Source of the DNA: Burkholderiales bacterium
Lineage (GTDB): Bacteria; Pseudomonadota; Gammaproteobacteria; Burkholderiales; Burkholderiaceae_C
Reading direction: 5' to 3'
NCBI GenBank assembly: GCA_021414305.1
Contig: JAIOOS010000001.1
Span: 10,694 to 74,693, forward strand
Length of the DNA stretch: 64,000 nt
Below are positions 63,303 to 64,000 of the stretch, one piece after another (within the stretch, counting starts at the first letter, position 1; each line of letters opens with the position of its first letter). A program made the translations under genes and the position numbers. The notes beneath the pieces were generated by a model. That model saw nothing but the letters and a program-made list of their open reading frames with translations. It had not been told where the DNA came from and ran no database searches.

Positions 63303-64000
63303 ATGGAGAGCTTGCCGCAGGAATACCCGACAGGCGAAGGCGTTCCGAGGGCTCCCGGTCGACCTGAGTGCGAGGAGCTCCTGCCCGCGCTCGCCGTGGC
63401 CGAGGCGGCCAACGACATGCGAATGGCCCAGCTCGTGCGGGCGATCGAGCAGGAGATCATTCCGCGGCTCATGCTCGCGCACCGGGCCAGCGCCGATGCG
63501 CCCGTGCGCACGGCCGACAAGGGTCGCTCGCTCGGCCCCGACGAGGTCCGGCACTTCGCCAAGCTGGTTCTCTCGGCGGACGAAGACGCGGCGTTTTCCG
63601 CCGTGCTGGCCTATCGCGCCGACGACGTATCGATCGAATCGATCTACCTCGACCTGCTCGCGCCGACCGCCCGCTATCTCGGCGATCTGTGGACCGAGGA
63701 CCTCTGCAACTTCACCGACGTGACGGTCGGGCTGGGCCGGCTCCAGCGCGTCCTGCGCGAGCTCAGTCCGGCGTTCGGCCTGGCGAGCGACGACTCGGCC
63801 GAGAACCTCAGCGTCCTGCTCCTGCCCAGTCCCGGCGAGCAGCACACCTTCGGCCTGGTCATGGTCGGCGAGTTCTTCCGTCGCGCAGGCTGGGAAGTGA
63901 GTGGCGGCGCCTGGACCACCGGCGCCGACGCGTCGACGCTGGTCGCCGGCGAGTGGTTCGACGCGGTCGGCTTTTCCCTCGGCGCCGAGATCCACCTGGA
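63303..64000 (+). CDS. aerR: Cobalamin-binding photoregulator AerR/PpaA (truncated by window end; absent from the ORF track)
   Basis: GAGGAG RBS, ATG at 63303; hand translation gives IEQEIIPRLMLAH, IYLDLLAPTARYLGDLW..D.CNF.DVTVGLGRLQ, PGEQHTFG, FFRRAGW; divergent from bchF. Confidence 0.9.
   Translation, partial: MESLPQEYPTGEGVPRAPGRPECEELLPALAVAEAANDMRMAQLVRAIEQEIIPRLMLAHRASADAPVRTADKGRSLGPDEVRHFAKLVLSADEDAAFSAVLAYRADDVSIESIYLDLLAPTARYLGDLWTEDLCNFTDVTVGLGRLQRVLRELSPAFGLASDDSAENLSVLLLPSPGEQHTFGLVMVGEFFRRAGWEVSGGAWTTGADASTLVAGEWFDAVGFSLGAEIHL

Overview
High-GC window, probably from a Burkholderiales betaproteobacterium of the Rubrivivax/Ideonella type (inferred from gene order and protein style). 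About 17.9-64 kb is a large anoxygenic photosynthesis gene cluster (PGC): hip-bchIDO, crtIB, crtDC, crtEF-bchCXYZ-pufB-(orf)-pufALMC, bchFNBHLM-lhaA-puhABC-acsF-puhE and a partial aerR/ppaA. Two modules interrupt it. One is a compact Calvin-cycle cassette (cbbR, red-type cbbLS, cbbX, FBPase, PRK) between bchO and crtI. The other is a heme oxygenase plus BphP1-type bacteriophytochrome plus PpsR2-like module between pufC and puhE. The left 17.8 kb holds hemN (with an FNR box), an itaconate/methylsuccinate-like catabolic cluster, a glycine-zipper repeat protein, flavoproteins, an arsR-arsI-arsC-aqpS arsenic operon and a 2OG-oxygenase/DOPA-dioxygenase operon. Most notable observations: (i) an unannotated-looking LH1 beta-polypeptide paralog between pufB and pufA whose BChl-ligand His is replaced by Gln; (ii) the RuBisCO cassette nested inside the PGC; (iii) the phytochrome module, whose PpsR2 has an eroded DNA-recognition helix; (iv) two copies of an 85-92 bp cruciform repeat lying in frame inside bchY and bchB. 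No rRNA, tRNA, CRISPR array or transposase was seen. All family assignments come from motif recognition by eye, not database searches.
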